NCBI GenBank assembly: GCA_015062285.1
Contig: SUUY01000001.1
Location: forward strand, 94,622 to 158,621
From: Alphaproteobacteria bacterium
Lineage (GTDB): Bacteria > Pseudomonadota > Alphaproteobacteria > RF32 > CAG-239
Direction of reading: 5' to 3'
Length of the DNA: 64,000 nt
Shown: positions 38,880-47,724 of the stretch, piece after piece
How the letters are laid out: each line of letters opens with the position of its first letter
Numbering within the stretch: the first letter of the stretch is position 1
Notes under the pieces: generated by a model
The model's input: the letters and a program-made list of their open reading frames with translations, nothing else
Databases searched by the model: none
Told to the model about the DNA's origin: nothing
Translations under genes and position numbers: made by a program

Positions 38880-40979
38880 ATGAGAAATAATTTTGGCCTT
38901 AAATTGCTTGGTTTTGCTTTGTTTTTAACTGCTTGCAGTAAAGAAAGTCCTGAGTTGATTCCTTGTATGTGTGACGGAAGCGAATCTACATTGGGATTGT
39001 TTGATTGTATGTGTGAACCGGTTAAAAAGAAACCGGTTAAGAAATTTTCTTATTTGCAAGATACGCAGAAACCACGTTATCAGACTATAATTCTTGATGA
39101 TGAGCAACAAGATGCTTATTTGTATTTACATCAAAACAGAAATTCATTTGCTCCTATTAAGTTAGAATATGTTGATTTCAGAATTAAGAAAAATGGTGAT
39201 TATGACAATTATAATACCAAACTCGGAAATTATAAGTTCAGAATTTTCGGTTGTCGAAGAGAAAGCAAAAATGTCTTTTTGAATGAAGGCCGCGCAATGC
39301 AAAAAGATATGAAGTTTTTTGATGTGTTCTATGAGACAATGAATGATTTTTATCCGGTGGTGGTTGATAAGACAAGTCCGTATTATTTAAATTCGGACAG
39401 AATTGAAACTCCTGAATATCTTATTACAGCCGAAATTACAGATTATTTTATGAATATTTGCGATGAATTTGATTGGGAAAACATAAAGCAAAAGAAATTG
39501 CGTAGCGGTTCTTCGGAAATGACTGTTGTATGGCGCGTTATGAGCCTTGATAAATCGGAAGTGTATTGCAAAGGTATGACAACCGGTTATGGACAAGTAT
39601 CTGAAGCTGAACCTAAGGGTGAGACATTGTTGGTGGAAAGAGCTTTTGAAGATGCATTGTCTAAAGTTACGGAAATTCAATGTTTTAATTCGGCCTTAGC
39701 ACAAAGAGTCAGACCAGAAGAGTTGACAAGACAAAAAGCTTATTTGCAAGGGGTTGAACGCAAAAATAAGACTTTTGCCGGTCAATATGAAAAAGTGCTG
39801 ATGGGTGTAGATGTGTTGCAAAAGTGCGTGACCGATAAGGTGAAGATTCCGGCTCGTGGTGAAGTTGTTATGGAAAATGTTGTTGAGACTGTTTTAGAAC
39901 CGGTTGCTGATGTGGTTATGACAGATGTGGTTGAAACAGCTATTGAGCCTGTTGCAGATGTGATTACGGCAGAAGTAACAGAAACTTCTGCGGAGCCAAT
40001 TGCAAAAGCTATGAGGGTTTATGAAAATTCAGGATTTTTAGAATCTGATTCTTTGATAACTATAGATGAAGGTTGTCAGAAGATGATGGCTATTGATGAA
40101 AAGAGTCAGACGGTTATCACCAACATTACAGAGAAATTACCTGATAATGTAAATGTTGTGGAAGATTTTTGGGTTGATATTCCTTTGGATACGGAAGAAG
40201 AACTTATGGTTGAAAATAAAGAGATGATAGAAAGCTCTTTTGCAAGTATTGACAATAAGTTTTGTATAAAAAATAATCCTCCTTACGAAAATATGAAACC
40301 TCAGAACCTTTATAAAGTAAGAGCATCTGTTGTGTCTGTTGAAAATGCAGATGGGGTTAAAGGGTCAGGTTTGATTATTGCAGATAATTTGATTTTGACA
40401 TCTGCGGATCTGATAGTGAAAGACAATAATAATTTTAAGGTAAAGACAATTAATGGTAAGGAAATGACTGCTGCAGCATTGAGGGTTAATCCAAACAAAA
40501 ATGTTGCAGTGTTAATGTTAAGTGAACCTACGAAATATTCTCCTTTGCCACTTTCTTTAGAATTGCCCGAAGTCAATAAAGATATTTTGATGACCCTCGG
40601 ATTACTTGATTTGGATAAAGAGGGAGAGGGTTATTTGGACAACGAAGGAAAAGTAATAGGATATCGTTGGAGCGAAGATGGTGAAGCAGAAATTATTGTG
40701 GACACCTTTGTTCAAACAGTTAGTCTTGGCGGAGCTTTGATTGACAGCCACGGAAACATTGTCGGTATAGCTCATAAGACTAAAAAAACAGATGAGACTC
40801 CAGATTTGTTTATTCCGATAGAAACAGCATTGAAAAGTTTAGGATTGGAAATTTGCGGAAGAGAGTTTGAAACCAGAAAGCCGGTAGGATTTAAGGTTAA
40901 AGAAACTCCGTTAGCTGATGCGATAGATGCATCTGAAGACAAAACACCTAAACCAATGAAATCAGAAGATAAGAAATAG
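38880..40979 (+). CDS. lipoprotein with central tandem 16-aa repeats and C-terminal degenerate trypsin-like (S1/DegP-like) domain
   Basis: Lipobox LTAC after MRNNFGLKLLGFALF; repeats VVETVLEPVADVVMTD/VVETAIEPVADVITAE; C-terminal GSGLIIADNLILTSADLIV...VSLGGALIDSHGNIVGIAH resembles protease His and Ser blocks but His is replaced (D) and Ser is displaced. Confidence 0.45.
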   Translation: MRNNFGLKLLGFALFLTACSKESPELIPCMCDGSESTLGLFDCMCEPVKKKPVKKFSYLQDTQKPRYQTIILDDEQQDAYLYLHQNRNSFAPIKLEYVDFRIKKNGDYDNYNTKLGNYKFRIFGCRRESKNVFLNEGRAMQKDMKFFDVFYETMNDFYPVVVDKTSPYYLNSDRIETPEYLITAEITDYFMNICDEFDWENIKQKKLRSGSSEMTVVWRVMSLDKSEVYCKGMTTGYGQVSEAEPKGETLLVERAFEDALSKVTEIQCFNSALAQRVRPEELTRQKAYLQGVERKNKTFAGQYEKVLMGVDVLQKCVTDKVKIPARGEVVMENVVETVLEPVADVVMTDVVETAIEPVADVITAEVTETSAEPIAKAMRVYENSGFLESDSLITIDEGCQKMMAIDEKSQTVITNITEKLPDNVNVVEDFWVDIPLDTEEELMVENKEMIESSFASIDNKFCIKNNPPYENMKPQNLYKVRASVVSVENADGVKGSGLIIADNLILTSADLIVKDNNNFKVKTINGKEMTAAALRVNPNKNVAVLMLSEPTKYSPLPLSLELPEVNKDILMTLGLLDLDKEGEGYLDNEGKVIGYRWSEDGEAEIIVDTFVQTVSLGGALIDSHGNIVGIAHKTKKTDETPDLFIPIETALKSLGLEICGREFETRKPVGFKVKETPLADAIDASEDKTPKPMKSEDKK
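39879..40022 (+). repeat. three tandem imperfect 48-bp repeats inside the lipoprotein gene
   Basis: gttgttgagactgttttagaaccggttgctgatgtggttatgacagat / gtggttgaaacagctattgagcctgttgcagatgtgattacggcagaa / third degenerate copy. Confidence 0.7.
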
Positions 40980-40996
40980 TTTGTCTTTGATAAATG

Positions 40997-41030
40997 AGCA
41001 GCTCTTATGAAAATAGGAGCTGCTTTTTTG
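40997..41030 (+). terminator. rho-independent terminator
   Basis: AGCAGCTC ... GAGCTGCT stem followed by TTTTTTG. Confidence 0.55.
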
Positions 41031-41126
41031 TTGGGGAAAACTTTGGGGATAAAACATACACAGGCTTGCGAATCAACTAATGCTTATTTAAATGTTAACT
41101 ATAGGTTAATTTTAAGGGCATGAGAG

Positions 41127-41534
41127 ATGGAAGAATCTGAATTTGTTGTTAGTCAAACCGATGGAATTACTGTTTCGGCATGTCCTGTGTTGGTAGATGG
41201 TTTTGCTCCAAGCGGTTTTATGTGGGGCTATTATCTTTGTATTGAAAACAATACCGATCAAAAAATTCAGCTTGTAGGTAAAGATTGGAATATTACAGAT
41301 GAAAACGGAAACTCCTATAATGACAGTTCTGTAGGGTTTAAAGGCGAACTTCCGGAGTTGGAACCAGGGGAATATTTTGAATTTACATCAGAAACTACCT
41401 TAAATGTTCCAAATGCTGTGTTTTATGGCTCTTGCAAGTTTTTGAGCGAAGGGCAAGAAAAGGTAAAAGAAATCCGGATACCGACATTTAGTTTATCGGT
41501 ACCCGGTAAAAAGAATGTTCCAACTCTACATTAA
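41127..41534 (+). CDS. apaG: ApaG-domain protein (DUF525)
   Basis: ~125-aa ApaG fold signature: YYLCIENNTDQKIQLVGKDWNITDENG...GELPELEPGEYFEFTS...GSCKF. Confidence 0.75.
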   Translation: MEESEFVVSQTDGITVSACPVLVDGFAPSGFMWGYYLCIENNTDQKIQLVGKDWNITDENGNSYNDSSVGFKGELPELEPGEYFEFTSETTLNVPNAVFYGSCKFLSEGQEKVKEIRIPTFSLSVPGKKNVPTLH

Positions 41535-42193
41535 TAGTATGTCGGAGTTATCGGTTTGTTGATAACATACATGTTTAAGCTCTTATATATGTTATCGCTC
41601 ATTTTGATGTTAAACTCATCAAACAATTTATTTACCATACCATGCCAATATTGTTCTTTTTCAGCGATGTCAGTATCTGCCGGTATTGCCAATTCTCTCC
41701 ATGCTTCAACATTGGTTGATGCTTGAGACATGTTATCCAAGTCTGTAATGCGGATGGTGATGATTAAGTTAGCACGATAACGAATGCGATCATTGTTGAA
41801 AATTTGATTGTCGCCTTTTTCTATTTCTTCGGTAACGCCGGCATCTTTAATTACAACTTCTGCAACTTTGCGACTAGAGTAATCGGCAGCTTTCAGACGG
41901 TCTTGAGCCCATAATTTAGCTGATTTTTCGATTGATACAGGAAACAGGTGTTCAACATGCGGACGAGTGAATGTTGGAGTAAACTCAGAAACAATATTTA
42001 TCTTGTTTACACTGAGCTGAATAGGTTCTTCAGTATTGTAGCGAGGTTCGGTATATTCTGGCAATTCATCTTCTGTTTGAGGAAATATAGTAGAGCAGGC
42101 AGAAATAAAAAATCCTAAAATCGCTAGAGGTAGAATATTCTTAAATGTTATCATGTTTTTTGTCCGTTTGTTGATACGAAAAAAGAAGCTCAA
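41531..42193 (-). CDS. hypothetical lipoprotein (probable true start at Met-14, ~42154)
   Basis: Lipobox FISAC after MITFKNILPLAILGF; the ORF-track N-terminal 13 aa would overlap the hslO terminator hairpin. Confidence 0.4.
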   Translation of the reverse strand: MSFFFRINKRTKNMITFKNILPLAILGFFISACSTIFPQTEDELPEYTEPRYNTEEPIQLSVNKINIVSEFTPTFTRPHVEHLFPVSIEKSAKLWAQDRLKAADYSSRKVAEVVIKDAGVTEEIEKGDNQIFNNDRIRYRANLIITIRITDLDNMSQASTNVEAWRELAIPADTDIAEKEQYWHGMVNKLFDEFNIKMSDNIYKSLNMYVINKPITPTYY

Positions 42194-42208
42194 AGATGTG
42201 AGCTTCTT
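42181..42208 (-). terminator. rho-independent terminator after hslO
   Basis: 10-bp stem AAGAAGCTCA/TGAGCTTCTT with T-run on the minus strand. Confidence 0.55.
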
Positions 42209-42242
42209 GATAATACAAAATATTGATTAAAAACTGGTTAAA

Positions 42243-43166
42243 CTATTGTTTGCGAAATTCTGCAGGATCGAAAACGTAAGTTTCGTTACAAAAATTGCAG
42301 GTGGCTCTGATTTTGTTGTTCTCGATTATGGAATTAATCTCATCTTCAGAAAATGTTTGAATAGTGTTTGATAGTTTTTCTTTTGAGCATCGACAGCCAA
42401 ATTTGTAATCGCGGCTGTGTGATATTTGCAAGTTGTTACCATGAAACAGGCGGTGTAGTATTTCTTCAGAGCTGAGATCGGCATTGAATACTTCATTTTC
42501 GTTTAGACTTTGCATGAATATTTTAGCTTCATTCCATATTTCAGCAAGTTCTTCTTCTGTGCAAGAAGTGCTGATTGCCGGCATTTTTTGCAGCATGATA
42601 CCGCCTACACTCCAAGAACAACTTTCTCCTTGAGGTACGTGTACAAACAGTTTCAGGTCGGTATCAATTTGTTCGGATTGCTTAAAATAACGCAAAGCGC
42701 ATTCAGCCAAATTTTTGCCTTGGAGATCAACGATTCCCTGATATAGCTCTGTGTTTTTGCCTTGGTCAACGGTGAAAGCAAGGTGTCCCCCTCCAAGCAA
42801 GTGAGGAGTTGCTTCAATTTCTCCACTTGTTTTTCTTAGTTCTTGAGCATGTTTTAGGCGCTCTTCATCAAAGCGAGCACAAGCTCTTATTTTGCCGTCA
42901 GAAGTAATGTCTACCACAACCAAGTTTACAACACCGTTGCTTTGAATTTGAAGCGTAAAAAGACCATCATATTTTAATTGACTTGCAAGCATAGCTCCCA
43001 ATACAGTGCATTCGGCAACGACAGATGCAACGGGTAAAGGATAACAATGTTTGTTTAATATAGTATTTATCACTTCATTTAAGCGAATAAAGCGACCTTG
43101 ATATACTCCGTTTTCAATGAAAAAAGATACACAATTATCAAAATTTATTTTCTTTGGGGTAGGCAT
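42243..43166 (-). CDS. hslO: redox-regulated chaperone Hsp33
   Basis: C-terminal zinc centre CRCS...CNFCNETY and N-terminal Hsp33 fold, 307 aa. Confidence 0.9.
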   Translation of the reverse strand: MPTPKKINFDNCVSFFIENGVYQGRFIRLNEVINTILNKHCYPLPVASVVAECTVLGAMLASQLKYDGLFTLQIQSNGVVNLVVVDITSDGKIRACARFDEERLKHAQELRKTSGEIEATPHLLGGGHLAFTVDQGKNTELYQGIVDLQGKNLAECALRYFKQSEQIDTDLKLFVHVPQGESCSWSVGGIMLQKMPAISTSCTEEELAEIWNEAKIFMQSLNENEVFNADLSSEEILHRLFHGNNLQISHSRDYKFGCRCSKEKLSNTIQTFSEDEINSIIENNKIRATCNFCNETYVFDPAEFRKQ

Positions 43167-43200
43167 GTTTGTTTTTTCCTTATATAATTTACATTATTGA

Positions 43201-43779
43201 ATGATGTATAATCCGATTAAAAGGAATTTTCAAGTGATAGAACAAGAGCAACATATAAAAAAAACAAAACACCTGAGAAAAATGACACAGCAACGTCTTA
43301 AAAACATTGCTCTTTATTATCTTAAACGGTTTGATTCTTCGGTAGCAAATTTGCGTTTGGTGCTGCAGAGAAGAGTAAATGATTATGCATATCATGTTCC
43401 TGATTTTGCGAAAAGTGATGCTTATGACTGGATCGAAACAATTCTGTCAGATTTTATGAATGTAGGGTATTTGAATGATTCGCGGTATGCTGAGATGAAA
43501 ATTAAATCATATATTTTAGCAGGGAAATCAGTGCGTTATATTCAAAGAAAACTTAAAGAAAAAGGAATTGATGAAAATCTTACTGATCAACTGATTACTC
43601 AGCAAAATTTTGATCCGTTTGATGCAGCTATAAAACTTGCCCGTAAAAGAAAAATAGGACCATTTAATCCCAATGAATGTCTTAGAAAAGAGCGCCGTAA
43701 TAAAGAATTGGCAATCTTGGTTCGAGCCGGTTTTGATTATGATGTGGCTGTAAGAGTTTTGGATTCTACGGATTATTAG
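43201..43779 (+). CDS. recX: recombination regulator RecX
   Basis: QRLKNIALYYLKRFDSSVANLRLVLQRR three-helix-repeat RecX pattern, 192 aa. Confidence 0.75.
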   Translation: MMYNPIKRNFQVIEQEQHIKKTKHLRKMTQQRLKNIALYYLKRFDSSVANLRLVLQRRVNDYAYHVPDFAKSDAYDWIETILSDFMNVGYLNDSRYAEMKIKSYILAGKSVRYIQRKLKEKGIDENLTDQLITQQNFDPFDAAIKLARKRKIGPFNPNECLRKERRNKELAILVRAGFDYDVAVRVLDSTDY

Positions 43780-44708
43780 TACCAAATTTTGTTTAAGTAT
43801 AGCCCACATGCCGGAGCGGTAGGGCCGGCTTTGCGACGGTCTTTTGCTTCAAGAATGGTTTTGATGTCGGAAGGTGAAATGCTCTTATCTCCTACCATTT
43901 TCAATGTTCCTACAATGTTTCTTACTTGGTGGTGTAAGAAAGATCTTGCTTCAACCTCAAACACGATTTCATCGCCTTTTTTATAAATATCTATTTTATC
44001 CAAAGTTTTGATAGGTGACTTGGCTTGACAAGCTGCGGCTCTAAAAGAGCTAAAATCGTGATTACCTAATAGGTGTTTTGCACCCTCTTGCATAGCGTTA
44101 ATATCTAGTTCTATAGGGACCCACCATACTCTGTTTTGCTCAATAATTGCCGGAGAACGGCGATTTAAGATTCGATATATATACCCTCTTTTTTGGGCAG
44201 AGAATCGAGCATTAAATTCAGAACTAACTTTTTCAACATTCAAAACAACAACAGGAGCATTTTGTTCTCTTAAATGAAAGTTTATAGCATCTCTTAGCTT
44301 CCAATCTTCTATATCCCTTTCTAAATCAAAGTGAGCTACCTGTCCCAAGGCATGGACTCCTGCGTCGGTTCGTCCGGATCCTTGTATTTCTATAAATCGA
44401 GTTTTGGCGGAAGCCTGCAGCGTTGATCCGCTGCTCGGATCCTCACGTACGTCTATGTACGCTCCGGTCCTGTGCTGCGTGTCAACATCTTCATTCTTCA
44501 CTTCAAAACTCGATTTGTGATCTTGTATGGTTTTGGCAGAAGCATGCGGCGTTGGTTCTGTTTGAGGTTTTATTTTGCTGTTTATATTATTAGGCAGCAA
44601 TTTATTAACAGCGTTTTCTAAATATTCTTGAATACTTGGGCCATCTAGTTGGCGTTGCCAACCAAGAGTATTGGTTCCGTCGTATTCGATAGTAATTTTG
44701 TATCTCAC
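43776..44708 (-). CDS. truA: tRNA pseudouridine(38-40) synthase TruA carrying a ~65-aa in-frame insertion
   Basis: MRYKITIEYDGTNTLGWQRQ and GSGRTDAGVHALGQVAHFD catalytic block; ~65 extra residues between them relative to canonical TruA. Confidence 0.85.
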   Translation of the reverse strand: MRYKITIEYDGTNTLGWQRQLDGPSIQEYLENAVNKLLPNNINSKIKPQTEPTPHASAKTIQDHKSSFEVKNEDVDTQHRTGAYIDVREDPSSGSTLQASAKTRFIEIQGSGRTDAGVHALGQVAHFDLERDIEDWKLRDAINFHLREQNAPVVVLNVEKVSSEFNARFSAQKRGYIYRILNRRSPAIIEQNRVWWVPIELDINAMQEGAKHLLGNHDFSSFRAAACQAKSPIKTLDKIDIYKKGDEIVFEVEARSFLHHQVRNIVGTLKMVGDKSISPSDIKTILEAKDRRKAGPTAPACGLYLNKIWY

Positions 44709-44780
44709 GTTTGTTCTTTCAAAAAAATAGGGGACATAAGTAACTTATGCCCCCTTATATTTATTTTGGCAAGAAAACTT

Positions 44781-45827
44781 TTATTCTGCCGCAATTTTGG
44801 CATATTGATCGTTGTCTTGAGACAAGAATCCTAGTTTTGCTTCAATTTTCCAAATAATCTTAAGAGCATTTAAGGCGTCTTCTCCGCTGATTCTGGGCGT
44901 TTCTTTGCCTTTAACACAATTTAAGAAATGGGTTAATTCTGATTGTAAGGGCTGGCTGGTTGGAATAAACAGCTGTTCGGAACAACCTTTGAGACCATAA
45001 CGCATCCAGTCGGGAATATTGTCTTGTTGCACAAAGGGCATACGACCTTGAGAACAAACATTAATACTTTGATTGATGAAATCCATGTCAATATAATTAG
45101 TGTCTGTTGTGACACTGAGAGTGCGTACTCTAGATTGAGTGATGCGACTAGATGTTATGTTGGCTGTAACTCCGTTTTCAAAACTCAATAAAGCACTAAT
45201 ATAGTCTTTTCCGCTAGGGCTGTGTTTAGTTTTTACTGCGGAAGCTTGTACATCAACAACCGGTGATTTTACAAGAGAAAGTATTACTTCTACATCATGT
45301 ATCATCAAATCCATTGCAACGTCAACGTCTGTAATACGTCCGCTGGCAGCAGACATGCGATTAGCCGAAAGAGAACAAATTTTAGAGTTATCAGCTAAGA
45401 GCTTGTGCATTTGTTCAACAGCAGGGTTGAATTGCTCGACATGACCAACCAAAAGGGTCACATTGTTTTTCTTTGCGGCATTGATAAGCTTCAAGCATTG
45501 TTCTTCTGTGGTGGCTAGGGGTTTTTCCATTAAGCAATGGATGCCTTTATTTAAGAAAAATTCGCCAACCTCGGCGTGGGTTACAGAAGTTGTAACAACG
45601 CTAACGGCATCTACCGTAGTGGCAACTTCTTCCAGCGAAGAGAAAGCTTTGATTCCAAACAAATCAGCAGCAGCTTTTGCGGCTTCCGGATATATGTCAT
45701 ATACACCGACCAAATCTACTCCTTGCAAATTTTTGTAAGTTTTGAGGTGGTTTTTACCCATCATACCGGCACCAATAACTGCGACCTTTATATTATTAGA
45801 CATGTTTTTTACCCCTAATTGGTTCAT
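44781..45827 (-). CDS. Gfo/Idh/MocA-family NAD(P)-dependent oxidoreductase
   Basis: N-terminal Rossmann IKVAVIGAGMMGKNHL and EKP motif (CLMEKPLA). Confidence 0.8.
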   Translation of the reverse strand: MNQLGVKNMSNNIKVAVIGAGMMGKNHLKTYKNLQGVDLVGVYDIYPEAAKAAADLFGIKAFSSLEEVATTVDAVSVVTTSVTHAEVGEFFLNKGIHCLMEKPLATTEEQCLKLINAAKKNNVTLLVGHVEQFNPAVEQMHKLLADNSKICSLSANRMSAASGRITDVDVAMDLMIHDVEVILSLVKSPVVDVQASAVKTKHSPSGKDYISALLSFENGVTANITSSRITQSRVRTLSVTTDTNYIDMDFINQSINVCSQGRMPFVQQDNIPDWMRYGLKGCSEQLFIPTSQPLQSELTHFLNCVKGKETPRISGEDALNALKIIWKIEAKLGFLSQDNDQYAKIAAE

Positions 45828-45900
45828 TAAAATTAATTTTGATTTACATATATCAATAAATTTGGTAAAAAGCTTTTAAATTCTTGTTACACTTTGTTAC

Positions 45901-47655
45901 ATGAGGAAAATTAGAATGGTAAGCATTAGATTATATAGGTTTTCTGCTTTGTTAGCAGTGTTTGTTTTGGCTGCTTGCAGCATTTTGGGAGGAAAAAACG
46001 AATCTAGCGGAGGAACGGGGATGTTGGTTGTGGATACAAATCCCGAACCTATAAAAAATAAGTTAAATGTTTATGATTCTATGGCGAGAGCGACTAAATA
46101 CAACATAGATGCCGAAGGTAGAAATCTTTATCGTAAAATAAATGGTGATGCACCTCTGTTGGAAAAAGGGATAGAAAACTATGTAAATACTCTGAATAAA
46201 AGTGATAACAGGCTGCAGAAAGCTGCAGATGCGTTAGATTTTTCAATCGTTTATGCTACAGTTGTTTTGAGCTCCAATAATGTTTTTGCCGATAATTATG
46301 TTTATGAAACCGCAGCGAGAAATTTGGCGCTGGAAGCTATTGAAGCTCATCAAAAAGCGTGGTTTGCGAAGAAAAATGAACGGTCTGTTGAAAAATGGGT
46401 ATCTCAAGAGCAAAAAATCATAGACAATATTGATGGTAAGGAAAAGAAAAACGGTTCTTTGACGAATGAAGAATATGATTATAGAAAAAATCAGATCGTA
46501 GCTTTGATGCGTTTAAAAGAGTTAAGGGATAGCTTGAACGCAGAAGCTATTGCGTATGCGGATTTAATCAGATCTGATCCGGTGAATCCTGATTTAGAGG
46601 GCAGAAAATTTTATGCTTTAGAAAACTTTGATGATGATTACAGTGTTGTGCTTTTTCAAGAAACTGCATATCGTAATAGGAAAGAGTTTGCTTTGGCAAA
46701 AGAGATTGAAGATTCTTTGTCTTTTTCTCAATTGCGCAGAAACGTGAGTGGTAGGTATTCTCCGGTGTCTAGGCTTGATGTAAACGGAAAGACTATTGAA
46801 CATGATATTTATGAAGATGAGTTGTACCGAAAAGCAATGGCAATTGCGAATGATTTGGTAGAATCTACCAATGCATACAAAAAATCTAGAGTTCCAGCTG
46901 CAGACTATTTGAGAGTTAGCGCTTTTGAAGATTTGGGTGTGGCTGTATTGACACAGGTAGAGGTTTATTACCAGTTGGTTATGCAGGCTGATGTAACTTA
47001 TGCGAAGACAGCAAAAGCATATGATAATATTAAAAAAGAAATCAGACGGTTAGAAAAAATCAGACGAATGACAAATGACGAAAAATTGGCGCTGTTTAAT
47101 GCAAAAATAACGGCTCTTAAGCTTGAAAAGCAAAAAGCAAAAATTAGCGCAGAAAGAGCAAGAGCTTTAAGAGCATTGTATTTTAGCGGAGGCCTTTCTC
47201 CTTTTAAAACAAATATGTTGAGACAGAGTGACAAAAAAGTGTCCGAAGAATTGCATAAGTCGTTTAATTCTGATCTTTCAGTAATGTTGGCAGGGTTAAA
47301 TGAACCGGTAAAAGAACCTCCTTTGATAGAAATGGAAAAGGGATGGGCACAAAAACCAAACTGGCTTGAAGATGTGGTTTCGTATGATAAGGAGGCAACA
47401 TATTTATCGCCAAAATTTGATTCTTTAAAAAAGACAATGCAACTTGGTGCTTATTTAAGTCAAAAAAGCGCAGAAGAAGATTGGAGGTATCTGTCTGCAA
47501 AATATGCAGAGTTAAATATTTATAAGCCGGTGTATGAAGTGACAACCGTAAATGGTAAAGAGTGGCATCGTTTGATTATAAAAGCAGAGGCCGTGGATTT
47601 GTACAATCTGTGTGCAATGATTAAAAATCATGGCGATGATTGCTTATTAAGATAG
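45901..47655 (+). CDS. lipoprotein with coiled-coil region and C-terminal SPOR (septal peptidoglycan-binding) domain
   Basis: Lipobox LAAC; C-terminal MQLGAYLSQKSAEEDWRYLSAKYAEL...GKEWHRLIIKAEAVDLYNLCAMIKNHGDDC fits the SPOR fold signature (QxGAF, W, RL/RV, conserved Cys pair). Confidence 0.5.
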   Translation: MRKIRMVSIRLYRFSALLAVFVLAACSILGGKNESSGGTGMLVVDTNPEPIKNKLNVYDSMARATKYNIDAEGRNLYRKINGDAPLLEKGIENYVNTLNKSDNRLQKAADALDFSIVYATVVLSSNNVFADNYVYETAARNLALEAIEAHQKAWFAKKNERSVEKWVSQEQKIIDNIDGKEKKNGSLTNEEYDYRKNQIVALMRLKELRDSLNAEAIAYADLIRSDPVNPDLEGRKFYALENFDDDYSVVLFQETAYRNRKEFALAKEIEDSLSFSQLRRNVSGRYSPVSRLDVNGKTIEHDIYEDELYRKAMAIANDLVESTNAYKKSRVPAADYLRVSAFEDLGVAVLTQVEVYYQLVMQADVTYAKTAKAYDNIKKEIRRLEKIRRMTNDEKLALFNAKITALKLEKQKAKISAERARALRALYFSGGLSPFKTNMLRQSDKKVSEELHKSFNSDLSVMLAGLNEPVKEPPLIEMEKGWAQKPNWLEDVVSYDKEATYLSPKFDSLKKTMQLGAYLSQKSAEEDWRYLSAKYAELNIYKPVYEVTTVNGKEWHRLIIKAEAVDLYNLCAMIKNHGDDCLLR

Positions 47656-47724
47656 ATATAGATTGTCAATCTTTGAAAATTGGTGTATTATAGACGGAGT
47701 GCTGGCAGATATATGGTGTGATCG

